A stretch of DNA of 64,000 nt from Thermoproteota archaeon (GTDB taxonomy: Archaea > Thermoproteota > Thermoprotei_A > EX4484-217-1 > JAPDJV01). A program made the position numbers and the translations under genes. Positions 20,059-32,454 of the stretch are shown here, in pieces. The notes under the pieces were generated by a model. That model saw only the letters and a program-made list of their open reading frames with translations, had not been told where the DNA came from and did no database searches. Position 1 is the stretch's first letter. Each line of letters opens with the position of its first letter. The DNA lies in NCBI GenBank assembly GCA_029258925.1, contig JAPDJV010000009.1, positions 3,256-67,255 on the forward strand. The letters are read 5' to 3'.

Positions 20059-23000
20059 CTACTTACCTATCTCCTCCAGCTCCACAACGTCTTCTAATTT
20101 CAACCTTGGAGATATGCACATGCTCATTAACTCTTGAAGTAGTAGCTTAAAAGCGTAGGCTATTTGTATTGGATGGAGTCTTCCTCTATCGCCACATAGA
20201 GGACACACAAATTTGTCCTTCGTCCTATCATAGTACCCTATATAACCACAGTTTTCACAAACATAGACGATGGTTTTATCAGATGCGTCGAGAAGCCTCT
20301 CTCTCAACAATAAGGCAGCTCCATGACCTACTAAGCAATCCCTCTCCATTTCACCGAATCTTAATCCTCCCTCTCTAGCTCTTCCCTCAGTAGGCTGTCT
20401 CGTCAATATTTGTATTGGACCTCTAGCTCTAGCGTGGATTTTATCTGCTACCATGTGGTGTAACTTTTGATAATAAACTATACCTATAAATATGTTCGAC
20501 CTTATTAATTCACCAGTACGTCCATCATACATGACTTCAGTCCCGTCGCTTTTATAGCCAAGTCTCAGCAAGCTCATCCTCAAATCATCTATTTTCTCTC
20601 CATAAAATGGTGTTCCATCTATAAATCTTCCCTTTAATGCGCCCACCTTTCCAGCTATAGACTCTATTAGTTGGCCTAAAGTCATTCTAGATGGGAAGGC
20701 GTGGGGATTAATTATCAAGTCGGGAACTATGCCCTCCTCGGTGAAAGGCAAGTCTTCTAGTGGAGTCGTAAGACCTATTACACCTTTTTGCCCATGTCTC
20801 GAAGCAAACTTATCTCCAAGCTCTGGTATTCTAAGATCTCGAACTCTAACCTTAACCAGCTTGTTGCCGTCAGCCGTCTCCGTAAGCAATACCATATCTA
20901 CAGTTCCTCTCTCTCCATGCCTCATCGCAACCGACGTCTCCCTTCTTATTGCAGCACTTAGCTCGTATTCCCTATATTCTTCAAGAAACCTTGGAGGACT
21001 TGTTCTTCCTATAAGAACTTCCCCGCCCTTAACATCAACCTCTGGATCAACTATTCCATCCTCAGACAACTTTGTGTATGCGTCCTTTCCTCTAAACCCT
21101 CTAACAGAAATACTTGGTATCTCTACTCTATCCTCCTGTCCTCCAGGATATTTTCCTTCTTCTGCCTCGTAAAGCCTAAAGAATGTTGAGCGAGCAAGAC
21201 CTCTCTCAATAGCTGCCTTACTTAAAATAATGGCGTCTTCGATATTATAGCCAGTGTATGACATTATTGCGACTATGAAGTTCTGACCTGCCGGTCTATC
21301 TGTGTAACCCATAATATCAAGCGCTCTGGTCTTCACAATAGGTATCTGCGGATAGTGTAGTAAGTGGCCTCTTGAATCAGTTCTCAGCTGGAAGTTAGCT
21401 GCATATAATCCCAAAGCTTGTTTGACCATCGCTGCTTGATAAGTGTTTCTTGGGGACTGATTATGCTCCGGATATGGTATTGTCGATGCTGCAATGCCTA
21501 ATATTGCCGGAGGCCATATTTCGAGGTGTGTGTGCTCCGGAGTTATTTGCCATGGTTCGATGGCTATATACGCGTTTTCCTCTTCCTCTGCATCAAGATA
21601 TTCTATTATACCTCTAGCTACAAGATCCTCAAACGACCATTCACCCTTCCTAATTTTATCGATATGCTCAGGTCTAAGCTTTAATGTTCCTCCTTCAACT
21701 ACAAGTAGGGGCCTCCTCACTCTACCAGAGTCGCAGTTAACGTAAACCTCATTAATATAGTTGTCAATATAATGAGTGACGTTTACCTCCCTACTTATTA
21801 GCCCGCTCCTCCTCTGCATTCTTATTTCTCTAACTAATTCTTCGGGTCTTTCATGATATCCTATCAGCCTACCATTGAGGAACACTTTAGCACCAACAAT
21901 GTTCTCACTAATAGCTTTCTTGATAGGAATGACTCCGAGGTCGTAGAGCTGTTTCTCGACAACGTCTTCATTAACACCTACAGAAATATATGCCATCAAA
22001 GCGAGGTTTTTAACAAGTCCACAGTTGGGTCCCTCAGGCGTTTCAAATGGGCATATTCTACCCCACTGTGTAGCGTGAAGATCTCTTGCCTCGAAGTGAG
22101 GTTGGCTGCGACTTAAAGGTGAAACCACTCTTCTCAGATGACTTAGACAGCTCATGTGATTTGTTCTATCTAGTAATTGGCTTACACCCGTCTTTCCCCC
22201 AACCCAATTTCCTGTAGCTAACGCGTGCCTGAGGCGCTCCGTAATTATGTCTGCTCTTATTAGAGTAGTTATTCTGACCTTCTTTGCTCTAACCCTAGCT
22301 CTCTCAAGCTGATATTTCAAGTCTCTGACAAACGTTCTGAACGCTACTCTAAATAGCTGTGCCATTAGATCTCCGGCTAGTTTAAGCCTCTTATTAGCAT
22401 AATGGTCTTTATCATCCGGAGTCCTTCTACCCAAAACTAGCTCTATTAGCTTGCAAGCCATTTGGCCTAAGAAGTAAGCTTTCTTTTCCCTATCCTCCTT
22501 CCTAGTTCCAAGGTGTGGAAGGAAGTATCTATCAATTACCGCTTCCGCCCTCTTTATCCTGCCCTCTCTGGTCTGGCCAACAGCTACTCTGTTACCTATG
22601 AAATCCAGAGCGTCTTCAACTGTTGCTATTGCAGCTGCCTGTTCAAGAGATGGTATAAGCTCCTTTTGAATCTCCTGATCGGTCGACACTACAAACACTA
22701 TGTCTCTATCGGTTTTCATACCTAAAGCCTTCATCATAATGACGAACGGTATCTTACCTGGTACAGCCGAGAAAATAACGTGCAATGTTCCGTCGCGATG
22801 TCTCTCCAAGATTACTGGAACTCTGTATCCTGAAGTAGCTGAGAAAACTTTAGCTGTATGTGTGGCCGTTGTTGTCGCGCCCCCGTAGTCGACTAGAACC
22901 CTATTAACTACTAGATCTTCTTGAGTAACTATGACTCTTTCAGACCCATTTATTATGAAATATCCTCCAGGGTCCCTCGGATCCTCTTTTATTGCAATTA

Positions 23001-23451
23001 GCTCTTCTTTACTCATTTTGGATAGTGGACACTTCACGCTCTTCAACATTATAGGTAATTGTCCTATATACACCTCAATGGGCTCTCCCTCAAGCCCATT
23101 CTCCACGGGAATAATTGTGAGATATATGGGAGCCGAGTAAGTCAAGTTTCTAAGCCTACACTCCATGGGGAGAACTTTTCTCTCCGAACCATCCACTTCT
23201 TGAACTCTAGGTTCTCCAATTCTTATTTTACTAAGCCTTATATAGAATGCAGGAATATCTGTCTCAATAATTCCCTGCTCGTCGACTATTTCCTGAAGCT
23301 TGTTTTCAATAAAATCATTATATGAGTCTAAATGTTGGCGTACAAGTCCTTTCTCCTTAAAGAAGGCTTCAATTAAAGTCCATTTATCTTCTACACTCGG
23401 CCACGAATCCTCTACTGCGGGTTTTACTCCTTGCTCCGAAATGCTTGTCAC
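20059..23451 (-). CDS. rpoB: RNA polymerase subunit B (Rpo2, unsplit)
   Basis: [33 protein letters not shown]. Confidence 0.99.
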   Translation of the reverse strand: MTSISEQGVKPAVEDSWPSVEDKWTLIEAFFKEKGLVRQHLDSYNDFIENKLQEIVDEQGIIETDIPAFYIRLSKIRIGEPRVQEVDGSERKVLPMECRLRNLTYSAPIYLTIIPVENGLEGEPIEVYIGQLPIMLKSVKCPLSKMSKEELIAIKEDPRDPGGYFIINGSERVIVTQEDLVVNRVLVDYGGATTTATHTAKVFSATSGYRVPVILERHRDGTLHVIFSAVPGKIPFVIMMKALGMKTDRDIVFVVSTDQEIQKELIPSLEQAAAIATVEDALDFIGNRVAVGQTREGRIKRAEAVIDRYFLPHLGTRKEDREKKAYFLGQMACKLIELVLGRRTPDDKDHYANKRLKLAGDLMAQLFRVAFRTFVRDLKYQLERARVRAKKVRITTLIRADIITERLRHALATGNWVGGKTGVSQLLDRTNHMSCLSHLRRVVSPLSRSQPHFEARDLHATQWGRICPFETPEGPNCGLVKNLALMAYISVGVNEDVVEKQLYDLGVIPIKKAISENIVGAKVFLNGRLIGYHERPEELVREIRMQRRSGLISREVNVTHYIDNYINEVYVNCDSGRVRRPLLVVEGGTLKLRPEHIDKIRKGEWSFEDLVARGIIEYLDAEEEENAYIAIEPWQITPEHTHLEIWPPAILGIAASTIPYPEHNQSPRNTYQAAMVKQALGLYAANFQLRTDSRGHLLHYPQIPIVKTRALDIMGYTDRPAGQNFIVAIMSYTGYNIEDAIILSKAAIERGLARSTFFRLYEAEEGKYPGGQEDRVEIPSISVRGFRGKDAYTKLSEDGIVDPEVDVKGGEVLIGRTSPPRFLEEYREYELSAAIRRETSVAMRHGERGTVDMVLLTETADGNKLVKVRVRDLRIPELGDKFASRHGQKGVIGLTTPLEDLPFTEEGIVPDLIINPHAFPSRMTLGQLIESIAGKVGALKGRFIDGTPFYGEKIDDLRMSLLRLGYKSDGTEVMYDGRTGELIRSNIFIGIVYYQKLHHMVADKIHARARGPIQILTRQPTEGRAREGGLRFGEMERDCLVGHGAALLLRERLLDASDKTIVYVCENCGYIGYYDRTKDKFVCPLCGDRGRLHPIQIAYAFKLLLQELMSMCISPRLKLEDVVELEEIGK

Positions 23452-23467
23452 CTACTGCAACACCTCC

Positions 23468-23710
23468 CTAACCTGGAACAACATACCTGTAAACAATAGT
23501 CTTCCCGGCAGTTGGACTCTTACGGATAATCCTCACAATATCACCCGGCTTAGCGTTGATTGCAACAATAACTGGGTCAGAGGCCTTTATCCATGGAAGC
23601 TGATGAGGCTTTATCCCTAACTCCTTTAATATTTTTGCTGCCTCTCCGGGGCTTAATACCTCATGTTTTGGAACGAGAACGTGATCTACTATATTCATTT
23701 TTTTAAGCAT
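23468..23710 (-). CDS. rpoH: RNA polymerase subunit H (Rpo5)
   Basis: HVLVPKH, LPWI..SDP, RKSPTAG..YRYV. Confidence 0.97.
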   Translation of the reverse strand: MLKKMNIVDHVLVPKHEVLSPGEAAKILKELGIKPHQLPWIKASDPVIVAINAKPGDIVRIIRKSPTAGKTIVYRYVVPG

Positions 23711-23869
23711 AGCTACACCCTATTATTAAGCGTGATACTCATGGTACGGTCAGAGACTCATTAATATGAGGTAGAATATAAGTCTTACTCAACAAGAGAC
23801 TTCTCAAGAACACTCCAAACTCATAGAAAAGATTTTAATCTGACGATATTTTAAAGTGTTTAAATGAAT

Positions 23870-23978
<109 letters not shown>

Positions 23979-24042
23979 GCTAAAATAAGGCTCCTAATCT
24001 TCTTCTATATTGAAGAATTAATGAGTGATTTCAGGTGGTTAA

Positions 24043-24828
24043 ATGGTCTTCAGAGGAGAGCTGATATTCTTAGGGCTTGGACTGTACTCGGGCCATTTGA
24101 CGTTAGAAGCGGTCAACGAGCTGAAGAGAGCTGACATAGTTTACCTTGAACTATACACTGGAATCTACGAGGATGCTGATTATCTCGAAAAACTCGTAGG
24201 AACGGAGAAGATAGTTCGCCTTTCGCGTAAAGAGTTGGAAGAGGAGAATGGCGACATAATAATGGAGAGCTTGAAAAATGGTTTAAGAGTTGTTTTAGCA
24301 TCTCCGGGAGACCCATTCATAGCAACATCTCACCAAGCACTTAAAATAAGGGCTATGCGAGAAGGATTCAAGGTCAGAGTAATCCACGGTCTGTCTATTT
24401 TAAGTGTTGCAGTAAGCGAGTCAGGTCTTTTCTCTTATAAATTCGGGAAATCTGCAACTATTGTTTACCCTAAGGATGGTATAGTATATGAGTACCCATA
24501 TCTTGTTTTAGAAGAAAACATTAGTAGAGGTCTTCACACCCTCTTCCTCTTAGAAATTGATGTAGATCAGAATATGCTCATGACGGCCAATGAGGCCATG
24601 GAGATAATGTTGGAATTAGAGAGGGCTAGGGGGAAGAAAATATTTACAGAGAACACTATGCTCGTAGTGCTGGCAAGAGCTGGAACACCAAATAAATTAG
24701 TGAGAGCTGGTAGGGTGGGGGAGCTCTTAAAAACAGATTTTGGGCACCCTCCACATACAATTATTGTACCAGGTAAGCTACACTTCATCGAGGAGGAGGC
24801 TCTCAGGACTATAGGAGATGGTGTTTAA
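24043..24828 (+). CDS. dph5: Diphthine synthase
   Basis: GLGL, YLELYT, GDPFIATSH, YKFGKSAT, GLHTL, PPHTIIVPG.LHF.E. Confidence 0.95.
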   Translation: MVFRGELIFLGLGLYSGHLTLEAVNELKRADIVYLELYTGIYEDADYLEKLVGTEKIVRLSRKELEEENGDIIMESLKNGLRVVLASPGDPFIATSHQALKIRAMREGFKVRVIHGLSILSVAVSESGLFSYKFGKSATIVYPKDGIVYEYPYLVLEENISRGLHTLFLLEIDVDQNMLMTANEAMEIMLELERARGKKIFTENTMLVVLARAGTPNKLVRAGRVGELLKTDFGHPPHTIIVPGKLHFIEEEALRTIGDGV

Positions 24829-25529
24829 TGGCTACTGAAAGCTTTGAGAAGAGGAAAGAGAGATTAGAGAGCTACATTAATGCTCTATCAAAAGTGTTCG
24901 ACACGCTTAAAGACAAAACCTTAACTGAAGTGGATAAGAGACTAGTAGATATAGCAAGGTCATACTTAGAAGATGCAATATATTACATGGAGAAAGAAGA
25001 TATCGATACAGGGCTTATATGCGTATCATATGCAGAGGGACTTCTAGACGCGCTCAGATTTCTGGGGAGGATTTCATTTGAATGGAGGAAAAGGAAGCCG
25101 ATGCGAGTAGCTCTTGCTGGAACATTTGATATAATACACCCAGGCCACGTATGGTTGATAAGTGAGGCAGCTAAACTAGGAGATCTAACCATCATAATAT
25201 CTAGAGACGTAACCGTAGAAAGAATTAAAGGTCATCCACCAATCAATTCTGAAAACCAGAGAGCCTATGTTGTTTCGAGAATTAAAGGGGTTCGTAAAGT
25301 GGTATTAGGTGATAGAGAAGACATTCTCATACCTATTCTAAGAATTAAACCAGACATATTGGTTCTAGGCCCTGACCAGAACGTAGACGAGGAGGAGTTG
25401 AAGAAAAAGCTTGCCGAAAGAGGGCTGCGCGATGTTAGAATCGTTAGAATAAGGAGTAAATTCGAAGATTTCGAGAACTGTAGCACGAGTAAGATAATAG
25501 AGAGAGTATTGTCGCTCTACTGTAAGTAA
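24828..25529 (+). CDS. ribL: DUF357 + FAD synthase (cytidylyltransferase family) fusion
   Basis: N-terminal DA.YY...GLICVSYAEGLLDA (DUF357); C-terminal GTFDIIHPGH, LGPDQ, STSKII. Confidence 0.85.
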   Translation: MATESFEKRKERLESYINALSKVFDTLKDKTLTEVDKRLVDIARSYLEDAIYYMEKEDIDTGLICVSYAEGLLDALRFLGRISFEWRKRKPMRVALAGTFDIIHPGHVWLISEAAKLGDLTIIISRDVTVERIKGHPPINSENQRAYVVSRIKGVRKVVLGDREDILIPILRIKPDILVLGPDQNVDEEELKKKLAERGLRDVRIVRIRSKFEDFENCSTSKIIERVLSLYCK

Positions 25530-26200
25530 ACAACAACTCTGACGATATCTCCATCACGTAAGCCAAGCATATTTCTTATGTTGAAGGGAGCTATTATCTC
25601 CACAATATCCTCGGGATGGCTTGTACGTGAGGGTATTATGAGGGCAGCTGGCTCCAATTCCTCTATTTCAGCTCGAAAACATTTTACATCTCCATATGTC
25701 CTAGTTCCATCCGAAAACCCTTTAATTATTATTCCATGATGTTTTTCAATAATTCTCCTATTAATTACATCAGAAGCTGTAAGTAATTTAATGTTTAATG
25801 TCCCCTCAAAGGGCCTAAATCCAAGCTTTTTTTCGAATTGTCTTCTATATCCATTTAACGATATGTAGTATCGTCCTTCACCCAGCCCAGAAACTACCAT
25901 TCCCCCCAAATTAATGGATCTTATAGGTTTTGAGGCAAATCTTGAGAGAATATCGTGTAATTTGAGAATCTTCTTCCTAGCTTTTTCTGTGAGTCTGATC
26001 ATTTCTCCGTCTCGCACGACTATTCTCTCTAAATATCCTTTGGCAACAAGCCTTCTAATCCTTCTAGACACCGTCTGTTGGGATAATGTTGTTTGCTTGG
26101 AGAGGCGAGTAGTACTGGTTTTAATCCAGTTTTCTCCAAAACCTAGTTCAACAAGTTTTATTAGAAATGCTAATTCGATGGCTGACAACTCTTCTTCCAC
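25517..26200 (-). CDS. ribK: CTP-dependent riboflavin kinase with N-terminal winged HTH
   Basis: SQQTVSRR HTH; SGLGEG, PFEGTLN, LRDGD. Confidence 0.93.
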   Translation of the reverse strand: MEEELSAIELAFLIKLVELGFGENWIKTSTTRLSKQTTLSQQTVSRRIRRLVAKGYLERIVVRDGEMIRLTEKARKKILKLHDILSRFASKPIRSINLGGMVVSGLGEGRYYISLNGYRRQFEKKLGFRPFEGTLNIKLLTASDVINRRIIEKHHGIIIKGFSDGTRTYGDVKCFRAEIEELEPAALIIPSRTSHPEDIVEIIAPFNIRNMLGLRDGDIVRVVVYLQ

Positions 26201-26206
26201 TCCTCA

Positions 26207-26863
26207 TTACCTCCTAATTTTCCTAGCAACCCTCCTACTGACATCATCTGCAATCCTTATGGGTTCAGGTAGCAAGGATTTTCTTACAATACATTTCTCA
26301 GCTATTTTAATAGCATTTTGTAAAGAAATGTTGTTTCCTATGCTGATAAAAATTTTCCTATCGTCTGGAGACGAAGATATCACTTTTGCCACGGGAACAC
26401 CGTCTACGGCTATGTACTCTTTTCCAATGTATGTTCCATATAGGAATTTCTTGGCTACTCCAATTGTTATGAGATCTAAGACCACGCCCAGATGACTAGC
26501 TATCCCCAGTTTTCTCGGATGAGTTAAGCCGTGGCCATCGACGAGGAATACTATGTCCCTCCTACTCCTAAAACTGAAACATAGTTTGACATATAGAGGG
26601 ATTTCCCTGTAAGCTAGAAACGTTGGAATATATGGTATGCTAACAATGTCGGAGAGAACTTTTATTGAATGTAGTTTCAGTGAGGGGTATTTCATTATAA
26701 CTAGAGCAGCTACACCTACATTTCCGGCATATGATACATCAAGACCTGCAACATATTTTATTTCTCTCTCCTTAAACGGCGAACTCGTTGAAACTCTTCT
26801 AGACAATAATCTTTGAGCGTAAATTGCCTTACTTCTATTGATTTTTTTCAATTGACGTTTCAC
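26207..26863 (-). CDS. nfi: Endonuclease V
   Basis: GLDVSY, PYIPTFLAYRE, VDGHGLTHPR, GVAK, PEPIR.AD. Confidence 0.95.
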   Translation of the reverse strand: MKRQLKKINRSKAIYAQRLLSRRVSTSSPFKEREIKYVAGLDVSYAGNVGVAALVIMKYPSLKLHSIKVLSDIVSIPYIPTFLAYREIPLYVKLCFSFRSRRDIVFLVDGHGLTHPRKLGIASHLGVVLDLITIGVAKKFLYGTYIGKEYIAVDGVPVAKVISSSPDDRKIFISIGNNISLQNAIKIAEKCIVRKSLLPEPIRIADDVSRRVARKIRR

Positions 26864-27464
26864 CCAGCTTCCAAACTTTCAATAGCATTGTTGCCTCGGC
26901 TAAAACTCTTCTGGTGTCTTCTATAAGCCTCCTGTTACGGTCTATCTTCTGTCTAAGTCCTGGCACAAGCGATTTCGGATACTCTAGCGTCCATAGCATT
27001 ATGTGAATATCCTCCATAATCTTTGATAGAGCCACAGCTCTATCAACATTGCCTTCTATGAGGCTTTCCAGTATAGCTCTTCTAAGTTCACCCACTAAGT
27101 CAGAAAAACCCAATATCATTGAATGATAGTACTTCTCTTTAAATAGTGGACTGTCGATGGGGATTTTATGGATTAGTGCCCCCAAGAATAATGCTTCGAA
27201 GAATTCTTGGAATGCAACGTGTGCATCTCCATAATACAAGTCGGGGTATTCTTCAAATATTTCGTCTAACTCCAATAATATTTCAAGGCTTTTCTCTAGT
27301 CTATTCACACCTTCTTCAACTTTCCTTTGGTGGAAGAGCGATATCGCTTCTCCACAGAACCTTATAGCCTGTCTTGCTAGAAGCAGTGTTCTCTCCCTCT
27401 TCTCCCACCTTTTTTCCAGGTGTTCTGCAGCATCACGTATTCTCCTTTTTATTTCATCTAACAT
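26835..27464 (-). CDS. Translin/TRAX-family protein
   Basis: QEFFEA, LGFSDLVGELRR, GLRQKID. Confidence 0.85.
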   Translation of the reverse strand: MLDEIKRRIRDAAEHLEKRWEKRERTLLLARQAIRFCGEAISLFHQRKVEEGVNRLEKSLEILLELDEIFEEYPDLYYGDAHVAFQEFFEALFLGALIHKIPIDSPLFKEKYYHSMILGFSDLVGELRRAILESLIEGNVDRAVALSKIMEDIHIMLWTLEYPKSLVPGLRQKIDRNRRLIEDTRRVLAEATMLLKVWKLGETSIEKNQ

Positions 27465-27739
27465 ACTTCATCCCTTTTCGTTCCACTAAAATAACAATTT
27501 GCATCATACAGGCAAATATCTCTATCTGGATGTAAATGCGTGTGAGCATTTCCCCTCGAAATTCCCCAGCTTCAAGACTTCGTCCTTTAGTAAGTCCTCC
27601 ACCTATAATGCTTTGTATTATAGCTTTAAATACCACTATATCTCGCATTTAGGTTTTCTAGGTGGATGGTGTACTTAATGAATAAAACACGGAAACTTAT
27701 AAAACTGTGAGCGGGAATTCGTATGGTAGCAGGTGTATA

Positions 27740-28339
27740 ATGATGAAGAGTGAAGAACATAAAGCTGTTAGGACGGCTGAAATAAAGCTGTTCGGAAAGT
27801 GGAGTTTCGAAGGAATAGTAGTCAGGGATCCCAGTTTGAAGAGATACATTTCGCTGAGACCGGTATGGCTTCCCCATACTGGTGGTAGGCATGAGCACAG
27901 GAGGTTCGGTAAGGCTGATGTACCTATTGTTGAAAGGCTAATAAACAAGCTCATGAGACCTGGCAGGAATATGGGTAAAAAACATCTAGCTTATAATATT
28001 GTTAAGAGGGCGTTCGATATAATATACTTGAAAACAAAAACCAATCCTATTCAAGTCCTAGTAAAAGCAATAGAGAATGCTGCTCCGAGAGAGGAGACGA
28101 CTAGGATAGCTTACGGTGGAATAGTGTACCATGTTTCAGTAGATGTATCGCCTCAGAGAAGAGTAGACTTAGCTTTGAGGTTTATAACTGAAGGTGCTAG
28201 GATGGCAGCATTCAATAATCCTAAGAGCATAGAGGAGGCACTAGCTGATGAGATAATAGCCGCTGCAAACAACGACCCTAAGAGCTATGCAGTCTCACGT
28301 AAAGAGGAAATAGAGAGAATAGCGTTGAGTGCAAGATAG
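27740..28339 (+). CDS. rpsG: 30S ribosomal protein uS7
   Basis: [21 protein letters not shown]. Start moved to ATG 27740 (AGGTG RBS; TATA at about 27697). Confidence 0.97.
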   Translation: MMKSEEHKAVRTAEIKLFGKWSFEGIVVRDPSLKRYISLRPVWLPHTGGRHEHRRFGKADVPIVERLINKLMRPGRNMGKKHLAYNIVKRAFDIIYLKTKTNPIQVLVKAIENAAPREETTRIAYGGIVYHVSVDVSPQRRVDLALRFITEGARMAAFNNPKSIEEALADEIIAAANNDPKSYAVSRKEEIERIALSAR

Positions 28340-28466
28340 AGCTTTATATACCATTACAATAAAATATTTGTATTCTACAAGAATAAATTTATAAGGAAAA
28401 CCTTATATCACTCTCTAGCTGAAATTGAATTTAGCTTTAAATGGGTAATGGTATGGTGAGAATAAG

Positions 28467-29783
28467 ATGTCGAAGCCTGAAAAACCTCACTTGAACTTAG
28501 TAGTAATAGGGCACATCGACCATGGGAAGAGCACACTAACTGGACATTTACTCTACAGACTAGGCTTCATTGATAGCAAAACATTCAAGATGCTCGAGGA
28601 TGAGGCCAAGAAGAGGGGAAAAGAGTCGTTCAAGTATGCATGGCTACTCGACAAATTAAAGGAGGAACGTGAGAGAGGTATAACAATAGACTTAGCATTC
28701 ATGAAATTCGAGACCAAAAGGTTCTTCTTCACAGTAATAGATGCTCCTGGACACAGAGACTTCGTTAAGAACATGATTACTGGAGCAAGCCAAGCTGATG
28801 CAGCCTTACTGGTAGTATCAGCTAAGAAGGGAGAATTCGAAGCTGGAATGAGCCCTGAGGGACAGACTAGGGAACACGCTATTCTAGCTAAGACCATGGG
28901 AATAAATCAGTTGATTGTAGCGATAAACAAGATGGATGATCCATCAGTGAACTGGAATAAAGATAGATATGAGCACGTTAAGAACCTACTAGGTAAATTC
29001 CTGAAGAGCATAGGATATAATATAAGTAACATACCGTTCGTACCAGTTTCGGCCTGGACTGGAGACAACATTATTGAGAGAAGCGAGAGAATGACTTGGT
29101 ACAAGGGGCCGACGCTACTGGAGGCATTAGATTCGCTCAGCGTGCCGCCTAAGCCCATAGATAAACCTCTAAGAATACCAATTCAAGACGTTTACTCAAT
29201 AGCTGGAATAGGTACTGTTCCCGTTGGAAGAGTTGAAACAGGAGTTCTTAAGGTTGGAGACAGAGTAGTATTCATGCCTCCAGGTATCACAGGTGAAGTT
29301 AGAAGCATAGAAACACATCATATAAGAATAAATAAAGCAGAGCCTGGAGACAACATAGGATTTAACGTTAGGGGCGTTAGTAAGAGGGATATTAGGAGAG
29401 GCGACGTAGCAGGCCACCTAGACAATCCTCCAACAGTTGTAGAGGAATTCACTGCACGAATATTCGTGTTATGGCATCCAACAGCGATCTCAGTAGGCTA
29501 TAGTCCGGTTATTCACGCACATACTGCCAGTGTTTCGTGTAGAATGATTGAGATTCGAGAGAAGCTTGACCCGAGAACAGGTAAAGTTTTGGAGAAGAAC
29601 CCACCATTCCTGAAGATGGGTGACGCCGCCATAGTTAAATTTAAGCCGATAAAGCCTATGGTTATAGAGAAGTATGCAGACTTCCCGCCGCTAGGGAGAT
29701 TTGCTATTAGAGATATGGGTAGAACTATAGGTATTGGCGTTGTAATAGACATTAAGCCGGTGAAAATCGAGATAAAGAAGTAG
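28467..29783 (+). CDS. tuf: Elongation factor 1-alpha
   Basis: [21 protein letters not shown]. Confidence 0.99.
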   Translation: MSKPEKPHLNLVVIGHIDHGKSTLTGHLLYRLGFIDSKTFKMLEDEAKKRGKESFKYAWLLDKLKEERERGITIDLAFMKFETKRFFFTVIDAPGHRDFVKNMITGASQADAALLVVSAKKGEFEAGMSPEGQTREHAILAKTMGINQLIVAINKMDDPSVNWNKDRYEHVKNLLGKFLKSIGYNISNIPFVPVSAWTGDNIIERSERMTWYKGPTLLEALDSLSVPPKPIDKPLRIPIQDVYSIAGIGTVPVGRVETGVLKVGDRVVFMPPGITGEVRSIETHHIRINKAEPGDNIGFNVRGVSKRDIRRGDVAGHLDNPPTVVEEFTARIFVLWHPTAISVGYSPVIHAHTASVSCRMIEIREKLDPRTGKVLEKNPPFLKMGDAAIVKFKPIKPMVIEKYADFPPLGRFAIRDMGRTIGIGVVIDIKPVKIEIKK

Positions 29784-29843
29784 CACTACTACCTTAAGCG
29801 CAGCAACAACTCTTTCAGAAACAATAAATGAGGATGACAAACA

Positions 29844-30152
29844 ATGCCGTCGAAGGCTAGGATAAGGTTGTGGAGTACTAACGTCTACAGTCTAAACTAT
29901 GTCTGCGACCAAATTAAGAGAATAGCAGTAAAAACAGGGGTTAAGTTTTCCGGCCCAATACCACTGCCAACAAAGAAACTTGTAGTGCCCGTAAGGCGGT
30001 CTCCATGCGGAGAGGGAAGTAAGACTTGGGATCGATGGGAGATGAGAATTCACAAGAGGATAATAGACATTGCAGCTGACGAGAGAGTTATGAAACAAAT
30101 AATGAGAGTCAGAGTACCAGAAGATGTTTACATTGAAATAGAGTTGATCTAA
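29844..30152 (+). CDS. rpsJ: 30S ribosomal protein uS10
   Basis: GPIPLPT, RSPCGEG, MRIHKR. Confidence 0.97.
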   Translation: MPSKARIRLWSTNVYSLNYVCDQIKRIAVKTGVKFSGPIPLPTKKLVVPVRRSPCGEGSKTWDRWEMRIHKRIIDIAADERVMKQIMRVRVPEDVYIEIELI

Positions 30153-30282
30153 AGATTCACTCAACAAGCTCAAACAACACCTAAAACGTCTTTTACAATT
30201 ACTAAGAGCACTATTAGAACTTTTTACTAGCAGTATTGAGCAATCTTTATAGTAGTATTCTAACCACAAAAATAGTAGTTAA

Positions 30283-30370
30283 GCCGGGGTGACCGAGTGG
30301 ACTAAGGTGCCGGCCTTGAGAGCCGGTGGTCCAGTGGACCGCGCGGGTTCGAATCCCGCCCCCGGCGCCA
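30283..30370 (+). tRNA. tRNA-Ser(UGA), long variable arm, CCA encoded
   Basis: GCCGGGG/CCCCGGC acceptor, CCGGC-CTTGAGA-GCCGG anticodon arm, GGTCCAGTGGACC variable arm. Confidence 0.96.
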
Positions 30371-30811
30371 TCAATGCTTCTACAACACTGCAATGAGTTG
30401 ACGGCTTTGTGAACGTCGGGCAGTTTATTAATTTAATAAATTGTTTAAAATGTAGAATATCGTAAGCAGGATTTTTATATTAGATTTTTCATACGGCGGT
30501 TCACATAGAGATAGTGCATATATTGCGCCTAGATTCCAGATAGATAATCTAGATAGGAAAAAAACACATTATCTATAATTTCAATTGTCGTCGCATTAAT
30601 ATCACCATTATCTTCAATCTCCTATCCTAGCTACGTTGAGGGACACGACATCTCTCCAACTATGGTTCTTGTGGAGTCTCCCACCCTCCTTCACCAGGAT
30701 AATTTGAGTCTCTGGGCTCTCTACTGTTAATGTGCAGAAATGGTGTTAAGAAATCGTTAGAGTACCCCCAACAATTATTAATTTATCATTCTCTATCTAT
30801 TTCAAAAGGGA

Positions 30812-31950
30812 TTGGGAGAGTTGTGTAATATGTGTTGTGAGAGCTCGATTATTGATTATGCGAAGAAATCGTTAATGGACGAACTCTACTCTGCAGCAAT
30901 CTATAGGAGATTGGCAAAGCTGTATACAGGGAAAAGTGTTTCTGAAAAGTTACTTAGAATTGCCGAAATGGAGGGTAGACATAGCAGGTTCTGGCTTTAC
31001 TTTCTTAGAAGAAGAGGGGTTGAAATTAGTAAGTTCACCGTTAACAAGTTTAAAGTTCTACTTTCCACCATACTATTTAGGATCCTGGGTTTAGCTCTAA
31101 CATTTAGAATTCTTGAAATAGGAGAGCGAAATGCCATACAACTATACTCTATGATGTTGGAAAGCCCCGAGTTAACAGAGGAAGAGAAGCAGGGTATAAG
31201 GAGTATTTTAGAAGACGAGCTTGTCCACGAGTATGAGTTTGCAGAAGAGGGATCAAGATTTAAAGATTTCATGAACCACGTCAGAGACGCTGTTCTCGGC
31301 ATGAGTGATGGTCTTGTGGAAGTGCTCTCGGTTTCTGCAGGTCTTGCAGGCGCTTATGGAGATCCTATCAATGTTGCTATAGGTGGCTCTATTGTGGGTA
31401 TAGCTGGCGCGCTATCTATGGGAATAGGTGCGTTCACTAGTGTTAGAGCACAGAGACAGGTTAGGCTAAGTATTTTATCTAGAATTAAGCTAGCCTCTAA
31501 GTATGTGGCACACGTATTTGTCTCAAGAGTAATTAATTACATGATGGGGAAAGGATTAAGCAAGGAAGCAGCTGAAGTCATCGCAGAGGAGGCATCTAGA
31601 GACAAAGAACTGCTTGGTAGGATTATTGCTGAAGAGGAGTATGGTTTAAAGGAGGAGGCTCTGGAGAAGCCGGGTAGAGCAGGTCTTTACACAGGTTTTT
31701 TTACATAATAGGAGCCATCGTCCCACTTACTCCATACTTCCTCGTCTTGCCCATCACATTAGCTATTCCATTATCGTTTATACTTGCAGCTATAATGCTA
31801 GCTCTCACGGGCTTTGTAATAGCTATATCTGCAAACCTTGATATTAAAATGAAAATGCTCGAGCTAGTCGTCGCTGGACTTGGATCAGCCATTGTAACCT
31901 ACGTCATTGGAATAGTAGCCTCGATGCTGCTGGGAATAGAAGTTGATTAA
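30812..31950 (+). pseudogene. Ferritin-like (rubrerythrin) + VIT1/CCC1 iron transporter, split by a -1 frameshift in a T7 run (31696-31702)
   Basis: ExxH motifs (EGRH, DELVHE) and RDAVLGMSDGLVE. The frame continues GFF-YIIGAIVPLTPYF only in the -1 frame, ending at 31950. Confidence 0.85.
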
Positions 31951-31992
31951 AAGAAGGTTCTCCATATAAGATTTAAAAAGAATTTTAGTGCT

Positions 31993-32454
31993 TTACTCCT
32001 TGATTACATCTAAAATTATTGCGGGGCATACTCTCCTTACACCCGGTAGACGAGAGATCTCATCGTGGATGCGGGCAAGCTCCTCGCCGTCAGTAGCCCA
32101 TATGACAGTCATTATCGAGTGATCTCCCGATGTAAGAGCTAAGTATTTTACGTGTTCTCTCTCCTTTAAAAAAGCTAGCACGCTGAAAATGTGTTCGGGC
32201 TCCGTGTCTATACCAGTTATAGATATCGAGTTATAGCCTAGCTTCTTGGGATCAATGATTATGGTGTACTTCTTAATTATGCCAAGTTGCTCAAGCTTCC
32301 TTATCCTCTTAATCACAGCCACATCGCTAATGCCCATGGCACGAGATATTTCACTGTAAGAGGCTCTAGCATTCTCCCTTAACATTTCTAATATTTTCCT
32401 ATCTTTTTCGTCAAGCATACTTGAACCCCGAAGGTTTTTATTACTCTCATTCAC
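31993..32454 (-). CDS. Lrp/AsnC family transcriptional regulator
   Basis: LDEKDRKILEMLRENARASYSEISR ... GIIKKY; true start likely ATG 32418. Confidence 0.93.
   Translation of the reverse strand: MNESNKNLRGSSMLDEKDRKILEMLRENARASYSEISRAMGISDVAVIKRIRKLEQLGIIKKYTIIIDPKKLGYNSISITGIDTEPEHIFSVLAFLKEREHVKYLALTSGDHSIMTVIWATDGEELARIHDEISRLPGVRRVCPAIILDVIKE

Noticed and set aside
27454-27648. 64-aa ORF upstream of translin
   Set aside because: No recognisable family; overlaps the promoter region; possibly a decayed fragment but unsupported.
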